Source: Stylophora pistillata
Lineage: Eukaryota
DNA length: 64,000 nt
Direction of reading: 5' to 3'
NCBI RefSeq assembly: GCF_002571385.2
Contig: NW_019217790.1
Location: forward strand, 501,560-565,559
Part shown: one piece after another, positions 46,351-57,234 of the stretch
How positions within the stretch are numbered: position 1 is the first letter of the stretch
Layout: each line of letters begins with the position of its first letter
The notes under the pieces: model-generated
Database searches by the model: none
The model's input: only the letters and a program-made list of their open reading frames with translations
Told to the model about the DNA's origin: nothing
Translations under genes and position numbers: made by a program

Positions 46351-48165
46351 CTACCAGCACACTTCGTCATCACTGTCAAAGTAATCAGTTAGCTCACGCT
46401 CCAACCGTCCTCTTTTCCATTGTGATTCTCTGTTGATCTGTACATCCTCCTTGTGCTTTATCTCCTTACAAACTCTGCATCTTTGCTCTCTCCTCTTCAG
46501 TTGTGTTTTGCTGAATTCTTCTTGCGGAAACAGTCCTTCACATGCCGTGCAACTGAGTAGTTTCGTAAGGGAAATAAAGTGTTCTTTTATCTGGAATGAT
46601 ATGGAGTGGAAGCAGGGCATTCGTCTCGTATATACCGAAAGATCTTTTGGATATGTAGCGAAACGGATCAGCGTACCTCTCAGATGCAACCCGGAGAGAC
46701 GAGCTTTTTCTCCACCGTTGACATATTTCATCTTCTCGTGCAATTTAAACATGCCCACCGTATCCACGATACGGTATTATTGAATCAAATCATCCAGCAG
46801 AGGTCTTTTCTTCCATGATTCATGATTCAACGGCTCCGCAACTTCCTCAATGTAACATAAATCAGAAACCTTCATTGGGTTTTTGCCTATAATTTCAGTG
46901 AAATCTGTATCCTGAACGTACAGCTCAAGGCAGTGACTATAGCCATATATGCTCTCCACTTCACGTGTTCTCTGGCTACAGTACTTTGTTTCAGGGAGTC
47001 GACACGAAAACAGTGGGGAGTAGAGTTAAGCGGTTTGTTTTCAGGACGATAGATGACCTCAAGAAGCTGAAAATACAATACTTCTGTCAATCTTACTTTA
47101 AAATGGCGCCAGAGCGCGTCAGAATCTGGATGGCAATCAAACATCAATTTCGTGTGAGACTCGTCACTTCAAGGATCGGAGCAAGTCCAGCACTAAACAC
47201 AGCTTTTCCTAATTTGAGGACATCAAATATGTAGGCTTTATCCTTAGTTGCGACTGTTATGATCGGATCGAGTGGGTAAAACATATTCGTCTTTTCGGCA
47301 TTACTTTCGACGACATGCTTTCCTGGGTATACAATCTCACAGATGTAAGAAAGAACTTTGTCAGCAAACTTAACCTCTTGAGAAGGCCGGAGTTCGTTTT
47401 TGAGCCGAAACGTCCTATTGGACTTGTACTTTAAGATGATATTGCCATCTGTTTTATATGGACTGGTCGTTTGGGACGGCTGTCCAAATATAGACCTACA
47501 ATCTTTGGAAATACTTCAACGAAGGGCAGCCAGAATAATATATAACTTACCTCGCGATAAACCCACTGAAGTATACCGACACTCGAATTGGAACGCTAAC
47601 CTTTTATTATGAACTTCGATTGATTAAACTATTTCATAGTGTGTTTATAGGTGAAGCACCTGCTGCTCTTTCATACTTGACAAATAAACCTTGCACTACG
47701 TACAACTTCGGAAGGACTAATAACATAATCGTCCCGCATTTTAACTCGCAGTTTCTTAAAAATTCTATTAGCTATAGAGGCGCTATCCTTTGGAACGCTG
47801 GCTGGTCTTATTTTACAGGCCAGTTCACTGATTTTTATAGTAAAGTGAAGAAGGACTTCTATTTTAAGGAACTTGATTTTAGCGCACAGTCGGTCTAGTC
47901 GTTGTCCAGGCACTACCGAGTTTCATCTAGTAATTATTTTCCCACGACCCCACCAGCTTTGAGCTTTAAACCCTATCGTGTTTAAATGAAGGATATGAAT
48001 GAATGATTGCGAGTATTCGCTTCCTGCCCAGATTAACACCTTCACAATCAACAGCTAAGAGGCGAAAATTATGTTCGATTTCTCGTCTGAGCTCAGGAAT
48101 AGCATCCTCTAGACCAGCTTCATTGTCGATGAGTCTGAAATCACTTGACTGATCTTGTACGCCAT
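46351..48165 (-). pseudogene. EXD1-like exonuclease/Stc1-finger pseudogene (copy A), frameshifted and LINE-interrupted
   Basis: ATG at 48165, MAYKI.., frameshift, ..LLAVDCEGVNLGRKRILAII | insertion | ITVATKDKAYIFDVLKLG, frameshift, KLMFDCHPDSDALW..., ESIYGYSHCLELYV, WKKRPLLDDLIQ*, CTACEGLFPQEEFSKTQLKRREQRCRVC. Confidence 0.9.
47264..48002 (+). mobile_element. 5'-truncated L2/Crack-type LINE 3' end inserted in exonuclease copy A
   Basis: LYFKMILPSVLYGLVVW...LEILQRRAARII and KNSISYRGAILWN are typical post-RT LINE motifs. (TGAA)n tail. ATGAT occurs on both sides (47259-47263, 48003-48007). Confidence 0.85.
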
Positions 48166-48589
48166 TCTTGATATTACTTGAATTTTTGCTCTGGTTTGAT
48201 GAAAGTCCGTCTTGCGCAAGGACAATGCGACAGCTTTCTTGGAACCTCTTGAGTTACGAGTTCTAAGAAAATCATTTTTATTTCCGCCAATTGTGTCCCC
48301 CTCCCTCCTCCTCTCCTCTCCTGATGGCTATTAACACAGATTGCTTCTGAGTACCAGAGGATTAGAAGCAATCCTCCCATCGGCTCGTTTGAATTTTTGG
48401 TACAAACGAATTTCTCTCGGTATCTGTTGGAAGACGTATGGTTAAACAAACAAAGGATCAAAAAGTCAACCTCTTGATTTTTTGTCATTTGTCTCTTCTT
48501 CAAACCGTTGTGAACGTGTTCTACCTGATTACCCCACCCCCCATCAAAGATGTATATGGCAAAACGCAGGGGGGATGTAACAAAACAAG

Positions 48590-48693
48590 ATAATTTGGAT
48601 ATATCAACAAAGTTGAAATGGTAAATTGGCAACCGTAACGATTACAAAGCTGACGTTTCGTGCGTTAGCCCTTCGTCAGAGCGAACAAAACCA
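48590..48693 (-). mobile_element. Solo Penelope-type terminus with minimal type I hammerhead core (48649-48682)
   Basis: Minus strand reads GCT-CTGACGA-A-GGGC-TAAC-GCAC-GAAA-C-GTC-AGC. 12-bp direct repeat TAACAAAACAAG at 48578-48589 and 48694-48705. Confidence 0.65.
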
Positions 48694-48833
48694 TAACAAA
48701 ACAAGGCCGACCAATGAAAGAAAAAGGTGGAGTTCAAAGAAATGATTAATTCTAAGGAGCACTTCACACTCGGCAGTTTTGACGAGTAAGCTTCGTCAGT
48801 TTTTCATCCTTTACTTTTGTTAAATCATAAGGA

Positions 48834-49814
48834 ATGGCCAGCAAGTTCTCATATGATTACACACTGGTTGATAACGATTCTAGTCTCAAAGACGCCATAT
48901 CCGAACTCAGACAGAAAATAGTACATAGCGCACTCTTAGCGGTTGATTGCGAAGGTGTTGACCTCAGCAGAAAAGGAAGACTTACCATAATAACAGTTGC
49001 CATTGAAAAGAAAGTCTATATATTTGATGTTTTGGAACTGGGAAAACGCGCCATAGTCCGAAGTGGACTTCGTGAAATCCTGGACAACAAGTCGTGTACT
49101 AAGCTAATGTTTGATTGTCGGCAAGATTCAGATGCGCTCTGGCATCAGTTAAATGTCAGGCTAACGGGAGTGTTGGATCTTCAGTTGCTTGAAATCCTTT
49201 ACCGCCGTGAAAATGACTCATCTAACAGTCGTGAACTGTCCCGCACTAAACATAAAACGGCTCGAAGCCAGAGAACAGATGAAGTTGAAAGCATTTATGG
49301 TTTTCGTCGCTGCCTCGAACTGTATCTTGAGGATGAAGATTTGGTTAAGATGAAGGATGAAGGAAGTAAATTGTTAAAGATGGACATTGAAGTGTGGGAG
49401 AAAAGGCCTTTACCTGATGAGTTAATACAGTACTGCGTCGTAGATACAATGGCGATGTTCAAATTGCACGAGAAGATGAAAGATGTAGAAGAAAGGGAGA
49501 GGGCTCGTTTACAAGTTGCCTCCGAGAAGTATGTTGATCTGTATCGAAGCAAAACACAAAGATCGTTCAACAACTTTGAAACCAACGCATTGCTTCCCCT
49601 AGACATCATCCCGGACGAAGGAACTCTTTCTTTTCCGCCTGCTGATACTAAATGTACTCGTTGCAAAAGATTATTTCCACGAGAAGAATTCACCAAAACA
49701 CAGCTAAAGAATAACGAGCAGAAGTGCAGGGTATGCAAGGAAATAAAACGCCGAGAAGATGTACGAAAAAACAGAGAAGCGAACAGCCGAGATGACTTTC
49801 TTTATGTTGTGTAG
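48834..49814 (+). CDS. EXD1/Egalitarian-like DEDDy 3'-5' exonuclease with C-terminal Stc1-like C4 zinc finger (copy B, 326 aa, intronless)
   Basis: ExoI AVDCEG, ExoII FDCRQDSDAL, DLQL, W.KRPL, ExoIII YCVVD. Finger: CTRCKRLFPREEFTKTQLKNNEQKCRVC. Confidence 0.88.
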   Translation: MASKFSYDYTLVDNDSSLKDAISELRQKIVHSALLAVDCEGVDLSRKGRLTIITVAIEKKVYIFDVLELGKRAIVRSGLREILDNKSCTKLMFDCRQDSDALWHQLNVRLTGVLDLQLLEILYRRENDSSNSRELSRTKHKTARSQRTDEVESIYGFRRCLELYLEDEDLVKMKDEGSKLLKMDIEVWEKRPLPDELIQYCVVDTMAMFKLHEKMKDVEERERARLQVASEKYVDLYRSKTQRSFNNFETNALLPLDIIPDEGTLSFPPADTKCTRCKRLFPREEFTKTQLKNNEQKCRVCKEIKRREDVRKNREANSRDDFLYVV

Positions 49815-50359
49815 TTATATTATTGTTATATCCAGGTTCTTGTACATCCCAGTGAAAAGGTAGGTTAAGTTTATAATCATATTAATTATTATAAGGAAGA
49901 ACTGACTTTAACTATAATTAACACTTAAATGATAATATTGAACGACAGAATCGAATAATAGAAGTTATCTTTTAAAATGAATGTTCTCATCGGTAGCATT
50001 TTTTAAAACCGCTTTTCACAAGAAGTCGATCAAGGGCTTGCTTAAAGACACGAGCTCGATATGTTTTGTAGTTCTTTTCTAAAGAAAAGAAGAATTGATT
50101 ACGCTCTTAGCTAGGAAAGCGTCCGTAGAATTGTGGTTTTTATATGAGATCGCACATTTCCGAATGTACGCGAATAATTTCTATAAATGTTAGCGTGCGT
50201 CTTTTAGTTACATGAATCAGAATCTCTATAAATCGTAATGACTGCCTCTGAAGGCAGGTGACTTGCGTGCGTAGTCCAAATATTTAGAAAATACTTTATA
50301 GTCCTGTATATAGCTCGGAAAAATTCGATTTATGTTGTATATGATATATACGTTTAGTA

Positions 50360-51064
50360 TATATCATATATATACTAAACGTAAGAAATATAAATAGTAT
50401 TGGGTAATGCATTCCAGACCTAAACAGTAGGATTTAATAATGAGTAGAAGGCAAGAATGTGCAAGGGGCGAAATAACCACGATTGGTTGCGAAGAACTCA
50501 ATTACATTGTGTAGATGATGCCCTAATTACGTATTATAGCGGATGCGATTTTTTGATCTGAATTCGCGTCTTTTGTTAAGTCCGTGGGGACTAAGTGTAC
50601 TCAGTTGTGCGGTCCAGTAGGCCTCTCTCGTAAGTAATAATCTATCAATATAAGCTGCGTCCCCTTGGCTGGTAATTTTCTCAATAACAATAAAATTAAT
50701 TTCAGAAATTTCGTGTTTGGTACAATTGAAGTGGACTGCAAGCTCGCACGTTTTTTTGTTTGTTCGCATAGATGACTTGTGATTACGAAAACGCACCTTG
50801 AATTCAGTGGAAGTAGAACCATAGTAAACAATATTAAACCAAGTAAACCAAGTAAACAATAGTAAACCAAGTAAACAATATTTCTGGAAGAGCAAGACAA
50901 GTTTTGGCAAATCTTATAGGTTCGGCCTGTGGAAAAACTCTTAAATTTGGAATCTTGAATTAAAAAATTCTTGCAAAGGTCGCATCTAGAAGAGCATTTA
51001 AAACACCCTCCCGTTTCCTTCTTTGCCTGACTAACTTTCCCACCCACACAAAATCTAGAAGGCG

Positions 51065-51110
<46 letters not shown>
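50360..51110 (-). mobile_element. Penelope-like element (Neptune-type) 3' remnant: Cys-rich linker plus GIY-YIG endonuclease, in (TA)n
   Basis: CFKCSSRCDLC linker, LSCSSRNIVYL, YYGST...KVRFRNHKS, LAVHFN, REAYW...LSTLSPHGLN. Frame disrupted by short duplications at ~50830-50880. (TA)n tracts at 51068-51110 and ~50340-50375. Confidence 0.85.
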
Positions 51111-51112
<2 letters not shown>

Positions 51113-51410
51113 AAGTCTGTAAGTCGATTTTCGCGTGGAACAGTGCTCAATACGTTGAAGCAGAGCAGAATAAATATTACGAGAGGAAAAAAGGACGTAA
51201 CTACAAATTTGGAAAGAAAATGAACAATGTTCGCCGGAACTGAAAAGCAGGAAGCGGAAGTTCAAACTGATGAATTCTTGGAACCCGTTTACTCGACGAA
51301 GTGGTTCCAAGAAAGCTTGGGGTTCGCTCTAAACAAATAAATAAGGATGGCTCGAAGAGGGTAGGCAAGCAACATTTTTGCGTAAGTGGAAATTGTAAAC
51401 GACAAGCGTG

Positions 51411-52595
51411 ATGAAAAATAACTACAAGGTTGTCGATGAACAGAGAACATTGAAGGATGCTATCTCTAATCTCAAACGGAAAACAAAACATGATAGCTCA
51501 CGGTTTATAGCTGTTGATTGTGAAGGAGTTTCTTTAAGTAGACATGGAGCTCTAACAATCATAACAGTCGCAACTGAGGAAGAAGTCTACATATTTGATG
51601 TCTACAAATTGGGAAAGTTTATATTCAGTTGTGGACTCAGTCAAATCCTCGAAGACAAGTCATGCACGAAGCTGATGTTTGATTGCCGAGAAGATTCAGA
51701 TGCTCTCTGGCATCAGTTTAACGTAAGAATGACAGGCATTTTGGATCTTCAACTCCTTGAAATTCTCTACCGTCGTGAAAACGACACAGTTGCTGACAAA
51801 GCTACCGACCAGTTCTCCTTTAGTACGAGCTACTCTCATCGTAATCAAAGAACCCATGATCAAGTGGAGAGCGTTTTCGGTTTTCGTCGCTGCCTTGAGC
51901 TGTACGTCAGTGATGAAAATTTAATAAGGATGAAGGATAAAGGAAGACTTTTGTTGAAGAGTGACGAAGAAATTTGGAAGAAGAGACCTTTGTCAAACGA
52001 GTTAATACAATATTGTATTGTTGATACATTGGCAATGTTCAGCTTGTACGACAAGTTGAAGGGTGTCTTACAAGCTGCCGATCAGATTCGCCTACGAATA
52101 GCATCCGAGAGATACGCTGATATGATTCGATGTAAAACCAAAAGGTATTTTGACGAATACGAGAAGAATGCACTCCTTCCTCTTTACATCATACCTGATA
52201 AAAGACGTGTCTATTTTCCTCGAGCTGATACAGCTTGCACCTGCTGTCATAGGTTGTTTCCCAGAGACGAGTTCTGGAGGTCGGAACTTAGACGAAGGGG
52301 GCAAAAATGCAGGGTGTGTAAGGAGGTTGCCCGTCGAGTAAGTGTACGGATTAACAGACACAATAGTTGGGCACGGAATTGGAGACATAGGGGCACAGAA
52401 CAGTATGTCACAGAATCCTTAAAATTTGATCCTACGAAAAGGAAGACTCCTTGTGATTTTGACGCCAAGGAAAGGACAAATCCCAGAGATTTAGATCCCA
52501 GGAAAGAAAACCCTTGGGAATCCTGGCGTTGGATTGTGTTCATGCTAGTAACTGTTATAGCAACATTGTTACTGGTGGCAGTTTTTCTAGTCTGA
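51411..52595 (+). CDS. EXD1-like DEDDy exonuclease, Stc1-like finger and C-terminal transmembrane tail (copy C, 394 aa, intronless)
   Basis: AVDCEG, FDCREDSDAL, YCIVD; CTCCHRLFPRDEFWRSELRRRGQKCRVC; ends WRWIVFMLVTVIATLLLVAVFLV*. Confidence 0.88.
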   Translation: MKNNYKVVDEQRTLKDAISNLKRKTKHDSSRFIAVDCEGVSLSRHGALTIITVATEEEVYIFDVYKLGKFIFSCGLSQILEDKSCTKLMFDCREDSDALWHQFNVRMTGILDLQLLEILYRRENDTVADKATDQFSFSTSYSHRNQRTHDQVESVFGFRRCLELYVSDENLIRMKDKGRLLLKSDEEIWKKRPLSNELIQYCIVDTLAMFSLYDKLKGVLQAADQIRLRIASERYADMIRCKTKRYFDEYEKNALLPLYIIPDKRRVYFPRADTACTCCHRLFPRDEFWRSELRRRGQKCRVCKEVARRVSVRINRHNSWARNWRHRGTEQYVTESLKFDPTKRKTPCDFDAKERTNPRDLDPRKENPWESWRWIVFMLVTVIATLLLVAVFLV

Positions 52596-53420
52596 ATGTT
52601 TTTCATCAGTGACAGACTTACATTGAGGCCCATAATTAAATTAAGTGTCAATTTTGTGAAACTTAACAATCTAATGAATGTCTCTAAGTTGTGTTTGGTC
52701 TCGGTTTTCAAGATGATTCATGTCCTCTTGTCCAGCCAAACAAAAGTTTAGAATATTTGGTTCACCTTGAATTGACAACATTGTGTTTTATTCAGGTTTA
52801 TCATTTACCCAAATCCCACTTTTCTTTTGAATTTTTGTACAGCAAATAGTTTGAACCCAGGAGCAGGCAGACAATTGTATAAGTGGTATATAGAGAGACT
52901 GAGACAGTTGTACAGTTGACAGCCTTTGAAAGCAAGTCTTTATTTCTCTGATCCATTTGTATACAATTCCCTGATGAAATCCTTTCCCACTTGTGCAAAT
53001 CTACCTAGCTGTAATGGTTGGCTGTATTTTTTTAACCATGAAGTCCTGGCCAAAAGATAGTAGAGTTTCTTGGGTTACCACTAGAACTGACCAAAATGAT
53101 GTTCTTTAAAAGCCCCAAGAACTTTCATGTTTTGTTGTGGGATACATGTACACTTGCACAATATGATATAATGTTCAATATTGTCAGACAACTGTGACTG
53201 TTCAGACCTTTAGCCAGCCTAACATCCATCTATATGAGAGAACAAGAGTAAATCCTTTTATTATTTAATGAACTTAGCCTAAATGGTGTGAGATGGGGAT
53301 TCAGATGAGTGTGTTATGCACAAGGGTTAGGTTACAGTACAAAGAAAAGCCAGTTATGCTTAAAAATGACCTTCCCACTCACTCCCCTCCCAGAACACGA
53401 AGGGAAACTAAAACAGAAAG

Positions 53421-56400
53421 TTATGTATCATAGTCGTCATCCTCATCTTCATGTTTTCGCTTAAGTGGTGTTATCAATGGTTGCTGGGTGCTAGCAACAG
53501 TTTCATCCATGCTTGGAAGGGCTGACACTGTAAGCATTGAAGCTGGGTTGCCTGTGCTTTGAGAGGCTTTAGCTGGTACACCTGTGATAGGCTGACTTTT
53601 GGTGACAGTTGCTCCTGGTTCACTTTTCACCTAAAGAGAAACACAAACAGAGTTGTGAGATTTTCCTGACATCATCAAATATATCTTACAACTTGACTGA
53701 TTGGCTTGTTAGTTAATGCCCTGTTTAAGATGAGGGGTGTGAGACAAACAGCCAGAAACAGTGTGCTGGTGGTAGGAAAGCCAATTATGAAGGAATTTTA
53801 GCATGAGAAAGGGTATGCTACAAGAACACTAGATTAGATTAGATTTCTATCAAAATTCTTATTTTTTTTATTCATAAGGCTGTCATTTTTACCACCTTTT
53901 CTTGACAAGGTGGCAACTGTTAAATCATCAATACTTTTGTGGCAAATGATATTCTGTAGTACAGTACTAGTGTTATTATGTTTTAGTGTCAGGGCAAAAG
54001 TTGGTGCCTATGGCACATTTGAGAGTTTTGATGCATATCATTAGCTCATATCAATTTTTTTGAAAAGACAGTTTGAAATGCTATTGCACACAATGTGAGA
54101 CTGAACAACAAGGGTATAATTTAGTTCTTGTGAAAACATTTTCCACCTAAATCAGTATGTGTTACAGGGCAAGCCAACAATATAAAGTGTCCTGACAACA
54201 TGAAAGTATTGCTGTGTGGTTTAAGGAGATGTTACCTGTATTGCTGGTGCTCCTGTAGTCAGCACTGACTGTTTCTGTACCACAGTGGTCCCTGTTAGTT
54301 CCTTTTTTACTGTTACACCAGCTGTGACAGCTGTTGCAGCATTTATCAGGGGTCCAGCAGATGTGGCTGTCACTGGGGTAGCAGTTGGCATTTTGACTGT
54401 TACAATAGTTGCTGGTGTGGCTTTGATGAGTGTTGATACAGCTGACTGAGAGATTGTTCGAGCCACCACTGGATTGGCACGGACCTGAGCATGCTGCTAA
54501 CAAAACGAGTAATTTTAAAGGCAATGGTTAGAGCACAAGTTAGGGGTCACAATTGACTTATACTGGTTATCCTGACAGACTCAGGATTGAAAGGTCGTAG
54601 TTCAACACCAGACCAGATCATAACATTGTGTTTCTGGGTAAAACACTTTACTCTTACAAAATTCCTCTCTCCACCCAGGAGTGTAAAAGGGTACTAGCAA
54701 ACTGCCAAACAAATCTGATGAAATCATTAACCCTTAGCATCCTAACATCAATATGTCATCTCCATGTTTACTGTTCTATACACATCTTCTCGTATACCGA
54801 CAAGGAGAATTTGTTTCACAAAGAAGAACTTCTTTAGGTGGTGATAATTTCCTTTATTCTCCTGACCTTAATGTGAGGGTGATCCAGTAATGATATTGTA
54901 AGAACAAATTAGATGCACTTCACTTAGGGGTCTAAAGATGAAAGAGTAATCTTTCATCAAACTTAGCATCCTATCCAATTTGGAGCAAAAAACTTCTAGT
55001 TGTTTCATGCTCTACAAACCAGCATAAGCTGCCACAATACAGCCACTAACTTCAGAAGCGGGCTTAACTTAATGAGGGCACATAAGGATCCCTGTTTCTT
55101 TGAGACTTTTCTACGGCACCTTTTTTTGTGTCTTGACTTTGTAGTTTGTTGAGGTGAGACAATACCGGTCAGGCGGTAGTCGTAAGCCACTCTTTGTCTG
55201 AATCTGTGGTAAAGGGTGTCGATTCTTCTGCCGTGCAATCTCAATAAGAAACTGATGAGAGAAATTACAACAAAACTAAAAAATGTAACTTTTCTTAGAG
55301 TAAGCAGTTTGCCTTTGAGAAGAACTTTTCAATGAAATTAGTGCTGAGGACCATAACATCTACGCTAAGAAACTAGCTAAGTGAATTCCTGAACAGTTCC
55401 ATGGTGACTCTATTCTGAAGTACTGGTCAAGTCAGCAACTCTCAATTGACAACTGCTGACACAATTGAAATGGATTGAAATATTGATGAGGATGAGAATT
55501 TATTCATAGCAGACTTAAATATCTGTAAAAAGTATTAAGGGGTTTGAGGGTTAACATTTATGTGTGAGTTCTACAGAGGTACATAACTTTTGGAATTGTA
55601 TTTTATTTTGTATTTGTATTAAACAATTTGCCAAAGGCAGGTAAATTTACAATAGGAAAAGGTTGTCCCCTACTAAGTAAATTACCTTTCCCTATCCCCT
55701 ACCCCAATTTCAGTAAACAGGTCAGACCACAACACCGGCAGCTACATTCCCTACTCTTTGTAGTAAGTCGGTGAGTTCTTTAATGTCCCCTGCTTACCAG
55801 TACAGAGAAGATACAGGAGATGGGACCTACTGCTTTTTCATCCTTATCCAAGAAGACTAGAATGTCCTATCCATTTCTGGATATAATATAAACGTAGCAC
55901 ATTCTCCTTAGTGATTTTAAGACCCAGAGAGTTGGTCTGGTCTGGCTCTCGAACCCTTGACCTCCCGCACCGTAGTCTAGTGCTCTACCACCTGAGCTAA
56001 CCAGGTGGTGGTTAAGTGTTCAAAATTGCTGGGTGCAAAAGTGTCATGGAAAGTAAGTTGAGGGCACATACTACACAAAAAGTGTTGTTAGGTGTAAAAT
56101 TTTAAGTTACACTTTCAGAAGTATATCTTCCCTACTCTAATAGAGACTACCTATGTAATGTTTATTTGAACAAAAGTATAGTGAAATGAGAAGCTATATG
56201 GTTTAGGTCTCATATCTTGTACACAAACATATAAAACAGAGACAAAGTGGGCTGCATATCACAATATATACCTCTCTTGGTGGAGGATTTGTGTAAGAAT
56301 GGTCCAGTCTGGATTGGATGGCTAACTGCACATCTTCGGCATCGAGATCTTTCTTGCCAGCATGTTTACTGTAAACCGTAGCATCCTCTAGCACAGTTGT

Positions 56401-57130
56401 AATGTAACCTGTGAACGTATTCAAACGATTTTGTCTCTAACTTGCATCAGGTAAAATAAAATGTCTTTCTGTAATAATGTTAACCGCTTGAATTTATGAA
56501 ATTAATTTAACCCCCAAAACGTGACACACTAACACCCAAAAAATGAGCAAATAGCGGCTCTTCTTCTCACAATCGTGTCACATCATCCTAGAAACAGATA
56601 ATCAACAAGGGAGTACCATCTTGATCTAAAACAAGTTTCTCTTATTTTATTTACAACGAAAAGTGTAAAAGTCAGCAGGAGAATAATTGTCACTGCTTAT
56701 GGCCGTCGCAAAGTACTGCAACGACGCAGCTCAACAAGGTCGAACCGAAAGCTTACAAAATTACGGCGCCTCTAGCGCTATACGGTCCATGTGTGATCTT
56801 GGAGCACAGCTCAATCAGATCTTGGATTTAAGGTCAAACCTAAGCAATGATACTTTTTCCAGCTCTACTCCAATCAAACAGTACTTAAATTAAAAAAAAA
56901 TGAACACGAGAAACATATCCTAGTCCCTATGGTAGATTATTATCACAAATATATCAGTGACAGCTTTACTTACGGTAGGTGTATTCAAGCATTTGGTTGA
57001 TAACTCGTGGTTCGTATTCACTGATTCCCATCTCTTTTAGAATGGCAGCCATAACTAAGGCATCTTTTGGTGTGCTTTTCGCAGGTAAAGTACCTTCTGC
57101 CTGTTCATTGGTGTCTGTTTTGTCCGCCAT
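53421..57130 (-). CDS. TAF9: TFIID subunit 9; exons 56974-57130, 56272-56408, 55120-55251, ~54237-54496, 53421-53630
   Basis: [52 protein letters not shown]...[17 protein letters not shown]...[12 protein letters not shown]; acidic C-terminus [13 protein letters not shown]. Confidence 0.96.
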
Positions 57131-57234
57131 TATGTTTTCATCGGTACTACTACATGACAGTTACACCACCGCCAAAAACATAAATGAGAGATACCACTGT
57201 TCAATTCCAATCCCATGCAACATTCGCAGTGAAA
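57131..57234. promoter_or_regulatory. Compact bidirectional promoter/5'UTR region shared by TAF9 and MED4
   Basis: Divergent ATGs are 104 bp apart. Confidence 0.7.

Noticed and set aside
46351-52595. Bacterial or horizontally acquired island explanation for the intronless exonucleases
   Set aside because: Composition resembles the flanks; no operon features; host retroelements are interleaved; motifs are of the eukaryotic EXD1/Egl type. Not supportable without a phylogeny.
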